Shown one piece after another: positions 33,136 through 41,547 of a stretch of 45,537 nt of DNA. The DNA comes from a virus (Duplodnaviria > Caudoviricetes), in the IMG/VR virus record IMGVR_UViG_3300043220_000053, positions 1 to 45,537 of that record; one strand, given 5' to 3'. The notes under the pieces were generated by a model. It was given only the letters and a program-made list of their open reading frames with translations, was not told where the DNA came from and did not search any database. Made by a program: the position numbers and the translations under genes. Every line of letters starts with the position of its first letter. Positions within the stretch are counted from its first letter, which is position 1.

Positions 33136-33395
33136 GGGAAATCCCTGCCCTGCAAGCTAGCCAGCGTCTTCTCGCTGTGCTTGAGGCCCGCTTCAGCTAG
33201 ATTTATATGTGTCTGTCGCACGCGCTTCACGCGTCGGACAAAAATGTAACGTTCGTAACCGAGCATTTCCCCCATAAATGCCAGCTTTCCATCACGGATA
33301 GCACGGTTAAATCTTGCGCAGTTCAGCCCTGCAATCTTGCGCACGATAGCTACATCGTCAAAGACGGTCACGGCATCACCCCAGTCCGCACCCAT
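33132..33395 (-). CDS. Hypothetical protein
   Basis: 87-aa ORF, GTGA-coupled. Confidence 0.55.
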   Translation of the reverse strand: MGADWGDAVTVFDDVAIVRKIAGLNCARFNRAIRDGKLAFMGEMLGYERYIFVRRVKRVRQTHINLAEAGLKHSEKTLASLQGRDFP

Positions 33396-33401
33396 GCCAT
33401 G

Positions 33402-33869
33402 CTAGTTGTCAAAGGGGACTTCCTCTGGCCCAGGTGATGCGGCTTCTTCCTCGTTTAGCGCGGTCAGAAACTCGTTGTAGGCGTAGATGACCTGGCCTAC
33501 CGCGTCCTGCACACTCCCGACCTTCACGGCTACCCCGCTCACAAGCACTACCGCCTCCGTCAGCGCCTTAGCCCGCTGCATCTGGTCGGGTGTGCGGTAT
33601 CCGGTGTCCATGGGCGCTGACGGGGGGACTGTAGCGTCTGGTGCCAGCAGTTCAAGGACGTTGATGTACTTCTTCTCCTTGCCGTCCTTGGTAAAGGGCG
33701 ACCATTCGATTCGGACGAGGCTGCCGACTTTCATCAAGCCGTCATCGAACGGCTCTCCCCGCCTATCCTCAAACGAGAATAGGTATTCATCTGCCCCGAA
33801 CTTGAGACCGAATACTCTACCGTCGCGTGCCTTGATGAGTTCTGTTACTTGGCCTTTACTCTCTGACAT
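33402..33869 (-). CDS. ssDNA-binding protein-like (OB fold plus acidic PF tail)
   Basis: Beta-rich N-terminus (KVGSLVRIEW...KYIN); C-terminal EEVPFDN. Confidence 0.6.
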   Translation of the reverse strand: MSESKGQVTELIKARDGRVFGLKFGADEYLFSFEDRRGEPFDDGLMKVGSLVRIEWSPFTKDGKEKKYINVLELLAPDATVPPSAPMDTGYRTPDQMQRAKALTEAVVLVSGVAVKVGSVQDAVGQVIYAYNEFLTALNEEEAASPGPEEVPFDN

Positions 33870-33958
33870 AGCTTTCCTCGCTGTGTACTTCCATGTTGGT
33901 TGTCCCGTCCAGGGCATAGGGCGGAGCCTGGGCGAGCCACGCTGAAATCGAAACCATC

Positions 33959-34237
33959 TCACTCTCTCAAAAGGCGTTCTTCGAGCTTGTCGATGGCGAC
34001 GCGAGCGGGGTTGAACACCTTCAAGATACGCAACTCCTGTACTGGCTCCAAGTTGGCGTGATGCTTTCTAGCCTCAGTCCGCAGTAAATCTGCCGCTGGC
34101 TTCAGCGCCTTCAGCGCCTCACGCATCAGCTCCTCATCCGTTATGGCCTGGCGCTCCCTCGCCGCTTCTACAAGACTCTCTGCCTCTAGCTGGCGGTGCT
34201 CGGCCTCCATCTTCCGAATGCCCTCTACGTCGCTCAC
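33959..34237 (-). CDS. Helical hypothetical protein
   Basis: LMREALKAL...ARVAIDKLEERL. Confidence 0.6.
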   Translation of the reverse strand: MSDVEGIRKMEAEHRQLEAESLVEAARERQAITDEELMREALKALKPAADLLRTEARKHHANLEPVQELRILKVFNPARVAIDKLEERLLRE

Positions 34238-34419
34238 GACCGTTGCCCTTCTACATACACGCAGGCCCAACAGCGGCAGTCCTTATGCCTGGAAGCTATG
34301 CGCCAGCACAGTAGGTTAAGTTCGTATCTCTGCATCGACACGCCGCTCAGGGCACCCATTGAGCCGTGCTCTACGTGCTTGAACTTCTCGCGTTCTTCCT
34401 CCGTTGATTTTCGAGTCAT
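34234..34419 (-). CDS. Cys/His microprotein
   Basis: ATGA-coupled; HKDCRCWAC. Confidence 0.5.
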   Translation of the reverse strand: MTRKSTEEEREKFKHVEHGSMGALSGVSMQRYELNLLCWRIASRHKDCRCWACVYVEGQRS

Positions 34420-34502
34420 AAAATCACCCACATAGCTAGCCCAGGCGCAACGAACAGGAACGCTATCCACATGATGTGATGGAGGATTCGGAGACGGGTC
34501 AT
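34416..34502 (-). CDS. TM micropeptide (28 aa)
   Basis: ATGA-coupled at both ends; IMWIAFLFVAPGLAMWVIL. Confidence 0.5.
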   Translation of the reverse strand: MTRLRILHHIMWIAFLFVAPGLAMWVIL

Positions 34503-34660
34503 CGCTGCGCCTCGATTGTGGTCTGTCGATGGTTGTCGTTGATACCCTCCTCAATTGAGTCGATGCGATACTGTATGACGACGACAACGGTAAGTAGGAA
34601 TATCACGAAAAGGGAGAGCGACACTAGCCATAACATGAGACCTGGGACGACATCTTTCAC
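34499..34660 (-). CDS. Single-TM microprotein (53 aa)
   Basis: RBS AAGGAG, GTG start; LMLWLVSLSLFVIFLLTVVVVI. Confidence 0.55.
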   Translation of the reverse strand: MKDVVPGLMLWLVSLSLFVIFLLTVVVVIQYRIDSIEEGINDNHRQTTIEAQR

Positions 34661-34723
34661 AGCCCTAGCTCCTTCGCTCTCTTTGTGTGGAGACAGTTTT
34701 TGCAGACAGGGTAGGGCTTGGGG

Positions 34724-34903
34724 TCATGAGGCTAGTCTCCGGTATTCCTGAAATCGGGCGCGGGCAAAGCGTTGTGTGTTTCGTGCGCTCGCTAGTAGGT
34801 AGGACAGCTCATCCAATCCAGGACAAGTGCTATGAGGTTCATGCTGGCCGTGTATATTGCAACCTGACACCTCATATTTTAGGACGCGGCTTAATCCTTT
34901 CAT
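34724..34903 (-). CDS. Hypothetical protein (59 aa)
   Basis: RBS GGAGG; C...HEPH..CPG. Confidence 0.55.
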   Translation of the reverse strand: MKGLSRVLKYEVSGCNIHGQHEPHSTCPGLDELSYLLASARNTQRFARARFQEYRRLAS

Positions 34904-35061
34904 CGCTGCCTCCGCACGCGCAGGAACTCATCATGGAGAGGGCATTTTCCGGTGTGCTTCCGAAATAGCGCATCGATAAGCCACTGAGTCGCTTGCGGTG
35001 CGTAGAGTCTGAATGCTTCCCGTGACGTGATGGGGTAGCCTTTCGGGCATTTACACTTCAT
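34900..35061 (-). CDS. CxC...CPLH microprotein (53 aa)
   Basis: ATGA-coupled at both ends; MKCKC...GKCPLH. Confidence 0.55.
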   Translation of the reverse strand: MKCKCPKGYPITSREAFRLYAPQATQWLIDALFRKHTGKCPLHDEFLRVRRQR

Positions 35062-35231
35062 GATTTCTTCTCCACAAACTCTCGCGCCCTGTCCTCTAGG
35101 GCCGCCTCAAACTCCTCTGCCAGTTCGTCTACCCAGCTAAGGGGTAAGTCGCCTTCGAGGGGCAGATCATCGAAATGTACATTGAGCCAGTCGTGAGCCA
35201 GCATCTCTAACCGCTTTCTGAGTAGTGTCAT
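35058..35231 (-). CDS. Acidic hypothetical protein
   Basis: RBS GGGAGG. Confidence 0.6.
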   Translation of the reverse strand: MTLLRKRLEMLAHDWLNVHFDDLPLEGDLPLSWVDELAEEFEAALEDRAREFVEKKS

Positions 35232-35453
35232 CTCATCCTCCCTGCTGGAGCCCACGAACCCACCAGACAGACCCAAGGCGATTCGTTTAAGTTGCTCGCA
35301 GGCTCCAGTAGACGGCGCAGGGGAATCCGAACACCCTGCGCCCCATCACGAAATGCCCCGTCTCCTCTCTACTCATTCTTCCGGCACGGCTCCCGACCTA
35401 AAGGGGGAGGGGTCGGAGCCGTGCATTGCGCGTAGCCGTGCGGGAGAAACGAG

Positions 35454-35693
35454 TCATACGGTAAGCCTGTAGATCGTCTGACGGCTGTAGTGCCGGTGCT
35501 TCCAGCACTTCTCATTGGTGATGGTGTAACCCTCCTGCCGCAGCTCTAAGATTCGTCCACCGTATCGAGGGATGTGCATCTCCAGAAATGTAGTGCCGCA
35601 GGTCGGGCCCTCACGGAGTTGCGCCAGTACGCGATCACGCTGCGTCGGGCGGCTCAACTCCAGGCCCGTTAGAGGGGGCTGAAGGGTTCTCAT
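35454..35693 (-). CDS. Winged-HTH protein (HTH_39-like)
   Basis: TQRDRVLAQLREGP...RYGGRILELRQEGYTI...YRL. Confidence 0.75.
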   Translation of the reverse strand: MRTLQPPLTGLELSRPTQRDRVLAQLREGPTCGTTFLEMHIPRYGGRILELRQEGYTITNEKCWKHRHYSRQTIYRLTV

Positions 35694-35917
35694 GTAATGT
35701 CCTCTACTCGGACTGAGCGGCACCACCCATCGAGTTGAGAAACTCGCCAACGGTAGACTTCGCTCCCCTCAATCTCAAAGATCAACCAATCGTCCGTTAC
35801 TTGAGTCGTTCCCGCTACGAAAGTCGCTGCTTCTCGCCGAACATTATCGGCTGCGACTACAAATCCACTCTCTGCGCCGCGTGGGTACACTTGGTATTGA
35901 TCCTTGCGCTTACTCAT
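35690..35917 (-). CDS. Hypothetical protein
   Basis: ATGA-coupled, RBS GGAGG. Confidence 0.6.
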   Translation of the reverse strand: MSKRKDQYQVYPRGAESGFVVAADNVRREAATFVAGTTQVTDDWLIFEIEGSEVYRWRVSQLDGWCRSVRVEDIT

Positions 35918-36048
35918 GCCTCCACCTCTTCCCGCTCAGGGAGCCGCCAAGCATAGCGTTTGCAGCGGGGGCAAGCCTTCGGGTCGGGCTTACGCGGCAC
36001 CCACAGATGGCGACAGAACCGGCATCTCAACTGAATCATTACAACCAT
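35914..36048 (-). CDS. Zn-ribbon protein, first gene of the early operon (probably leaderless)
   Basis: MVVMIQLRCRFCRHLWVPRKPDPKACPRCKRYAW...; paralog of 21285-21455. Confidence 0.7.
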   Translation of the reverse strand: MVVMIQLRCRFCRHLWVPRKPDPKACPRCKRYAWRLPEREEVEA

Positions 36049-36055
36049 GTTGATT

Positions 36056-36084
36056 AGGATAATTAGCAATCAGAGACAAAGCAA
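36056..36084 (-). promoter_or_regulatory. Sigma-70-type promoter of the early operon
   Basis: TTGCTT-17 bp-TATCCT, 7 nt before the ATG at 36048. Confidence 0.6.
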
Positions 36085-36133
36085 TAGGGTAGGTTACGAA
36101 TTATGGGGTTATTTTGAAACTTAGCGGGCGCTT

Positions 36134-36183
36134 GAATAAAGAAATGCCCCGCCAGTCCGAGTAGCGATCTCGTGACGGCGGGG
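36134..36183 (-). terminator. Terminator-like hairpin ending the late block
   Basis: CCCCGCC-GTC-CGAG stem paired with CTCG-GAC-GGCGGGG, then CATTTCTTTATT. Confidence 0.6.
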
Positions 36184-36231
36184 ACGCATACAGCTGCTAG
36201 CAGCACGCGCACATTCAGTATAGCACCCGTG

Positions 36232-36426
36232 TCAAGCCTCTGCTGGCTCCTTCGCCCCATCACGAGATGGCATCTTGGCTTCCTCTGGCGCTTCCTTCTC
36301 CTCTAAGTCCGTCAGAGCCAGCCTGAGCGTCGCCACAGCCTCTTGCACGGCGATGTGGGACTGGCGGTTCAGTGGGGCCACTGACGCCGCCTGGTCAAGT
36401 ACCTGTAAAGCCTCGTCGGGTTTCAT
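36232..36426 (-). CDS. Small helical protein (fibre-chaperone-like position)
   Basis: RBS AGGAGGAG; EALQVLDQA...LNRQSHIAVQEAV. Confidence 0.65.
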   Translation of the reverse strand: MKPDEALQVLDQAASVAPLNRQSHIAVQEAVATLRLALTDLEEKEAPEEAKMPSRDGAKEPAEA

Positions 36427-36434
36427 AACTCCTC

Positions 36435-37940
36435 CTAGAATAGCTCCACCCAGTTTATCGATACGTCTACCGTCGAGTTAGTCCCACCTACTGTTTGCTG
36501 CGCCGAGACGGTGAACACTGTCCCTGGGCCGATGATGAACTCCTCGCTGCTGAGGTCTATGAACTGCCTATCCCCGCTGTTCAGGGTAAAGGTGAACTGG
36601 TCTTCGCCACCCGTTAGGACAGTGGCAGTTGAGTCCCTTGATACCACAGAATCGTCCGCGTCCACGACAGCAAAGGCGGAACCGGTTAGTGTTGAATTAA
36701 TGTCGATACGTACCCTGACGGGCTTGTTGCCCGCCGAGGCGCCTACCTCTATAAACCTTACCCATATTCTAGTCCTGTTCTCTCTACCCTGGTAGACAAT
36801 ATCGTTTCTGATTGAGGCGATTGGTTGTTCGGAGTTGGAGTCTACATCTGTATCCTCGGCGGAAAACGAGTGTCTGACCGGCCAGATTGTCGTCTCTTTC
36901 CCCTCTATGAATCCAGCCATGGAGGATGAGAACATAACCAGGTCGGACGTGTTGGCGGCGTTCCTCGCCATCATGTGTAGGGGGAGTGTGGGGATAAGGA
37001 TAGACGGCGCGGTGTTGGCGTTGGCGTAGTCTATCGTATGCACTAACTCAAACTCCCCATCGGTGTCGTGCTCGATGAAGAATCTTATCTGACCAAATCC
37101 CAGCCACTGATACTGAATCTGGTAGACGTTCCCCTTGGTTGGGTCGAGCGTCATCCCCGACGCCCCTGTGCCGTCCATTTTGTCGTCGCTCCATGAGGAC
37201 TGGGCTACCCAGGTATCGGTGACGGCGGCAGAGGCGACTGTTTGAGCAAAAGTTCCCGCAGAACTTTGAGAATCAGCCAATTCATAAGTCCCTGTATGAG
37301 TTGACGTATCGTATGAAATGAATATAACTGTATTATCATCTACAAATGTTCTCCAACCTGTCCCTAGATTTGAGAAGTCATGGGCTGCTATTTCATTGGC
37401 GGTGGTAGTTTTGTTTGCTGCGGTGTCCCCTCCTGTGTCGGTCACAGTTACGTCTGTTGCAGAGTCTCCATCTAATGTAATGGTAATATCTTCATCGTGG
37501 ATAGAGGCGGTTGATACCGTGAGGGTTCTTATCTCAGACCTGCCCCCAGTTCTGCGGAGGATGCCGAACGCAGTGCCGTTGTAACCAAAGAAGTACCCGT
37601 CTCCAGCGTCTCCCACGCCATGAAGTTGAGTGGAATTGGAAGCCCCTGTTGCATAGACGGTCGTGAACCTAACCAGTCCACCCTGACCTGGGGCATAATG
37701 CAAAGCGTCTCTGGTCAACACCATCGCCGTCCGGTTTGCGAGGGCGCCGGTAGAGACTTTCACCCTGCCGGTGTCCTGGGTTACAGTCCCACCATTCGCC
37801 CGCGTCTCTACTAATCGAGAGTTGATGTTGTATGGGAACTGAACCTGGACAAGGGGGGTTGGCTGGGCAGTAGCCTGCTCTCCGAAGGCTGTCCTGGTGG
37901 GGGTTACTACATCTGGCTCAGGGAAAGAGGTGAGTCCCAT
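36435..37940 (-). CDS. Receptor-binding/tail spike-like protein
   Basis: 501 aa, beta-rich; lectin-like YQIQYQWLGFG; at the end of the tail module. Confidence 0.65.
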   Translation of the reverse strand: MGLTSFPEPDVVTPTRTAFGEQATAQPTPLVQVQFPYNINSRLVETRANGGTVTQDTGRVKVSTGALANRTAMVLTRDALHYAPGQGGLVRFTTVYATGASNSTQLHGVGDAGDGYFFGYNGTAFGILRRTGGRSEIRTLTVSTASIHDEDITITLDGDSATDVTVTDTGGDTAANKTTTANEIAAHDFSNLGTGWRTFVDDNTVIFISYDTSTHTGTYELADSQSSAGTFAQTVASAAVTDTWVAQSSWSDDKMDGTGASGMTLDPTKGNVYQIQYQWLGFGQIRFFIEHDTDGEFELVHTIDYANANTAPSILIPTLPLHMMARNAANTSDLVMFSSSMAGFIEGKETTIWPVRHSFSAEDTDVDSNSEQPIASIRNDIVYQGRENRTRIWVRFIEVGASAGNKPVRVRIDINSTLTGSAFAVVDADDSVVSRDSTATVLTGGEDQFTFTLNSGDRQFIDLSSEEFIIGPGTVFTVSAQQTVGGTNSTVDVSINWVELF

Positions 37941-38275
37941 TACGTTATCTCCGTCCCGAAACAGGTGAAGGTTAGGGCGCTGTTGGTGCCCGTCCTCACC
38001 GCTAAGTTTCCGTTTGCATCGTCCATTGCGTAGAAGGTGTCAATCTGGTCTGTTGAATTGGCCCCTATCGTGATGTCGTAGAACAGGGCTGTCGTTTGGT
38101 CGTAGGTCGTCCCGTCGTCGTCCACGAATATCCTGTATGTTGCCGCCGAGGCGGTCTGATTGCAGACAACTATTGTCTTGATGATTGCGGTCGTACTTGC
38201 CCCAGGGCTGTACAGGCTGGCCGCTGTTGTATTGGCGGGGCGGAGTTGGCCTAACTGCTTCTCTTGCAATGCCAT
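37940..38275 (-). CDS. Small beta-sandwich tail protein
   Basis: LYSPGASTTAIIKTIVVCN...FGTEIT. Confidence 0.65.
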   Translation of the reverse strand: MALQEKQLGQLRPANTTAASLYSPGASTTAIIKTIVVCNQTASAATYRIFVDDDGTTYDQTTALFYDITIGANSTDQIDTFYAMDDANGNLAVRTGTNSALTFTCFGTEIT

Positions 38276-38276
38276 G

Positions 38277-40085
38277 TTATCCTACAGAATACGCATAACG
38301 GTTAACGTCTCTACTATCCACTATTGCATCACCCTGCACGTCAAGCTTAAATCCAGATGTTGGGACTTGAGCCGCACCGATGGTAGTGGCCGCTTCAAAG
38401 TAGTTCGTCGCAACCTCTGTCGCGTCTCCTGTTCCCGCCTGGACAATACCGTAGTTTTTAATTGAGCCACCGCTGGCGCTGGGGGCGGTGACGTGCAATC
38501 CGTAGGCCGCCCCGCTGTTGTCCCTTAGTTCGGTATACTCGTCAATTTTGATGCCGTAGAAGGTTGTAGCCCCATCCGTCGTGTCGTTGCTGATGGTCTG
38601 GTTTTGAATTAGGAGGCCGTACTGGTTGGTGGCGAAGCAGTCCGCCGTCTTCTCAGCGGTGCCCACGAGAATAGCTGCCAAGGTAGAGGCGGTCAATGAA
38701 CCCGTGCTGGTATCTGACATTCTGATGGTGGCACCGATGGGCGCATAGGTGGTCACGGTGGCATTGTCAGAAGTTACATTCTGGAGCAGCGGCGAGAAGT
38801 TGATGCCTGTGAGAACGGCGATGTTCTTTGATGTACGAAGAGTGAGCCTCGCCCGAACAATATCTATGTTCTTACCAGAGGTGTCCGGTGATATGAAGCC
38901 AGTCCCCCCCACGTTGAGGACGATGTGGTGACTCGCCGGTGTCGAATCGCCGTGGATCGTCACCATGTCGAACCCACCAACCGCAGAGGTGTTCACGGCC
39001 AGACCGGCGGCGTTGCCGGAGTTGATTATCACGTCGTCAGTGTGTGTGTAGACCCCACTGATGGTCTCTGCCGCCGTCTTGTCCAGCAGGTTGGCCTCTG
39101 TGATACCGCCGTAGGACGTGGCGGTGAGGGCACCTGTTACGGCTGTCGTGCCCACCAACGCGATGTTGTCGGCGGTCAGCGTGGTCGTCAGGGCTCCCAG
39201 AAGAAGGCAATCCGTCAACGAGTTGGCCTTCATCACGGCGAACTCGAACTGCGCGTCCTTCGTCGTGCTCGTTACATCCAACGCCTTCCAGGTCTGCCTA
39301 GCAAACTCTATCAGCGCGTCCGTGCCCCCCTGCTCGTTGTTCATAAAGGATATGAACCCCTCATCGTCGTCGGTGGGGGTGGCGCGGTTGCCGGATTGGA
39401 GGATAACGACTTGGTTGGAGGCGGCGTCGTTGGCGTTTTGTACCTCCAAGAGGGTGGCAACTTGAGTACCCCCCGTGAGTACGACGCCGTAGGTCTCGAC
39501 TGCCGTCTCCTGAACCTTTACCTGCCCGCCTGCCGTGACGAGCGTTAGGTGCGGCGCAGATTGGCGGAAAACAATCTCGGTGCTACCCCCCTTGTAGTTG
39601 ATGGCGGCGGGCTCGTCCTTCCATAGAGTTATCTCACCCGTGAAGTGCACTATAGCACCTGTGGGCGTGGGGCCAGCGGTGGCGGTCATTATCTTAGTGC
39701 CGTTGGCGGCGTATATGTCGCCTTGAGTACCGAGGCGCAGCTCCAGACTGTTCAGGTTCAGTTGGGCATTCCCGCCGTCGATCAGGAAGCCCTTACCGTC
39801 TGACTCGAATACGAGGAACGAACCAGAGTAGAAGATGTTGGCCTCCGAGCCAGCGCCAAACATAATCTTCTTATTGTCGCCAAGCAGCGTTATCTCCTGG
39901 TCTTTCAGCAGCACGGAGTCTATCGTCACGCCCGCCGCAGAGGTGGACTCGGCTATGACATTGGCCTTTATCCCGTTGGAGCCGAAGTCCTGCGCCTGGG
40001 AGGTGGAGCCGACGATGGTGCCGTCCGCCAGGAGATAACCCAGCGTCGCTTGGGAGGTGTCTGCGGGTATCAGTAGTTTTGCCAT
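38277..40085 (-). CDS. Tail fibre protein
   Basis: 602 aa, Thr/Gly/Ala-rich; IAESTSAAGVTIDSVLLKD and YGL/YGI repeats. Confidence 0.7.
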   Translation of the reverse strand: MAKLLIPADTSQATLGYLLADGTIVGSTSQAQDFGSNGIKANVIAESTSAAGVTIDSVLLKDQEITLLGDNKKIMFGAGSEANIFYSGSFLVFESDGKGFLIDGGNAQLNLNSLELRLGTQGDIYAANGTKIMTATAGPTPTGAIVHFTGEITLWKDEPAAINYKGGSTEIVFRQSAPHLTLVTAGGQVKVQETAVETYGVVLTGGTQVATLLEVQNANDAASNQVVILQSGNRATPTDDDEGFISFMNNEQGGTDALIEFARQTWKALDVTSTTKDAQFEFAVMKANSLTDCLLLGALTTTLTADNIALVGTTAVTGALTATSYGGITEANLLDKTAAETISGVYTHTDDVIINSGNAAGLAVNTSAVGGFDMVTIHGDSTPASHHIVLNVGGTGFISPDTSGKNIDIVRARLTLRTSKNIAVLTGINFSPLLQNVTSDNATVTTYAPIGATIRMSDTSTGSLTASTLAAILVGTAEKTADCFATNQYGLLIQNQTISNDTTDGATTFYGIKIDEYTELRDNSGAAYGLHVTAPSASGGSIKNYGIVQAGTGDATEVATNYFEAATTIGAAQVPTSGFKLDVQGDAIVDSRDVNRYAYSVG

Positions 40086-40408
40086 TAGATGTACTGCACG
40101 TCGAACCAGCAGTCAGCACTGCCGATTGTTTTGGTAGCCGCTGTAGATGAATTGCTTATCACGATACCGATTTGGAACTCACGGCCAACATTAAAGTCCA
40201 AACTGAAGCTAGTGGTGGCGGGAACCGTAAAGACTATCGTTGGTACAGCAGTGTCAACGGGGAGCGTTGAAGCGTCGTGGATTTGAATGAACTGGGGCGA
40301 GGACTTGTTGTTGTAGCCGGTCAGGCCGTAGAGCGTCCCCTTATCCGCCTTAACAACTAAAGAGTCAGCGAGGACCGTGGTGGTAGCACTGGCCCGTACT
40401 CTGGTCAT
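40085..40408 (-). CDS. Small beta-sandwich virion protein
   Basis: GTLYGLTGYN...FIQIHD...F..GI; resembles its neighbour. Confidence 0.65.
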   Translation of the reverse strand: MTRVRASATTTVLADSLVVKADKGTLYGLTGYNNKSSPQFIQIHDASTLPVDTAVPTIVFTVPATTSFSLDFNVGREFQIGIVISNSSTAATKTIGSADCWFDVQYI

Positions 40409-40713
40409 TCGGTCTCCGGTATCGGCGGCAATACTATGGGCTCACGCACCTCATAGAAGACGTTGGCGACGAGCTTGCCATCCCCAGTCACTCTCTCCAC
40501 TGCCAACCCTCCAGGGTAAGGTTCGTTCAACCCCGCTATGCTCTTTGCGTCGCCAGCGGGAATGACGATCATGGAGACAGTTCGGTCGCCCTCCTTGAAG
40601 GCGACGAAGCTGGCCTCGTTGCCCGTGTTAGTCAAATCCCAGCCGTTCAGTCGGGCTGGGCCATCGGTGATTGTCTCGCGGTCGTTCAGGTCTTCAGACA
40701 ACCAACTAGCCAC
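40405..40713 (-). CDS. Small beta-sandwich virion protein
   Basis: GPARLNGWDLTN...FVAF...IPA...YPGGL. Confidence 0.6.
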   Translation of the reverse strand: MASWLSEDLNDRETITDGPARLNGWDLTNTGNEASFVAFKEGDRTVSMIVIPAGDAKSIAGLNEPYPGGLAVERVTGDGKLVANVFYEVREPIVLPPIPETE

Positions 40714-40722
40714 AATACACTC

Positions 40723-41547
40723 CTATCTCGCCGTCGTCAGGTCGCCGATCAAATAGGCAGCATCTACACGCATAGTCCTAGAGTTGGTTCCGGCACTCTT
40801 TAAGGCACCGATCCTCGCCTCTGCCGTGCTGTTGGCTGCGGGGCCGGATGCAGTGGTTACCTTCAGCGCCTCGTCAATGTAGAACTTTACATTGTCGCCT
40901 GCCGCGTTTATCTCCATCTCCAGTAAGTACCAAGTGGACGTGGCTACCGTGATGCCGGTGTCGGCAACAGTTCCAGAGCCGCCATTCTCCACGTCGGCTT
41001 CCCATTTGCCGCTGTTGATGTTGTCTCTGTAGTGGATGAAGATGCCTTCCTGTGTTGTGCTGGGGGCGTTGGTGTCCATAATGCCCACGTACAGTTCGTA
41101 TCGGTCGGTCGCGTCCGAGAGGTTGCCTGGAGTTCTTATCCACGCCCCGAACCTCATCCTGCCATTACTGAAAATCAGGCTATCTGCGTAAGTGCTTAGA
41201 CGGGCGAGGCCGGTGGTGGTAGTGCCCAGCGTCAATCCCCAGACCCCTACATGGGAGGCTTCAGCAGCGATATTAGAGACGACGGCTCCCGTTCCTCCAA
41301 CGACTTGGGCGAAGTATGGATCAGCGTCGTCAGCAGAGTCTCTGAAGAAGTCAGTGTAGGCCCACCATTGTGTCGTCAGGTCATCGCTCAGGCCCTCTAC
41401 ATCCCACACCTTGTCAATGGTGTTCCAGCGCGGAACCGCGCCGAGGCCAGGGGCCGCACCTGAGAACCGCCTACCCTGAAGCCGGTCGGCATCACGTAAT
41501 AGCCGCAGGGATTCCTCAACCCTAGCCAGCCGCGACTCGACTGACAT
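40723..41547 (-). CDS. Tail-associated lectin/jelly-roll protein
   Basis: N-terminal coiled coil; TDF...DTGITV..TWY.LE.EINA....VKFYID. Confidence 0.65.
   Translation of the reverse strand: MSVESRLARVEESLRLLRDADRLQGRRFSGAAPGLGAVPRWNTIDKVWDVEGLSDDLTTQWWAYTDFFRDSADDADPYFAQVVGGTGAVVSNIAAEASHVGVWGLTLGTTTTGLARLSTYADSLIFSNGRMRFGAWIRTPGNLSDATDRYELYVGIMDTNAPSTTQEGIFIHYRDNINSGKWEADVENGGSGTVADTGITVATSTWYLLEMEINAAGDNVKFYIDEALKVTTASGPAANSTAEARIGALKSAGTNSRTMRVDAAYLIGDLTTAR

Noticed and set aside
36217-36235. Canonical TTGACA...TATACT promoter
   Set aside because: The spacer is only 7 bp, so I kept it only as a possible extended -10
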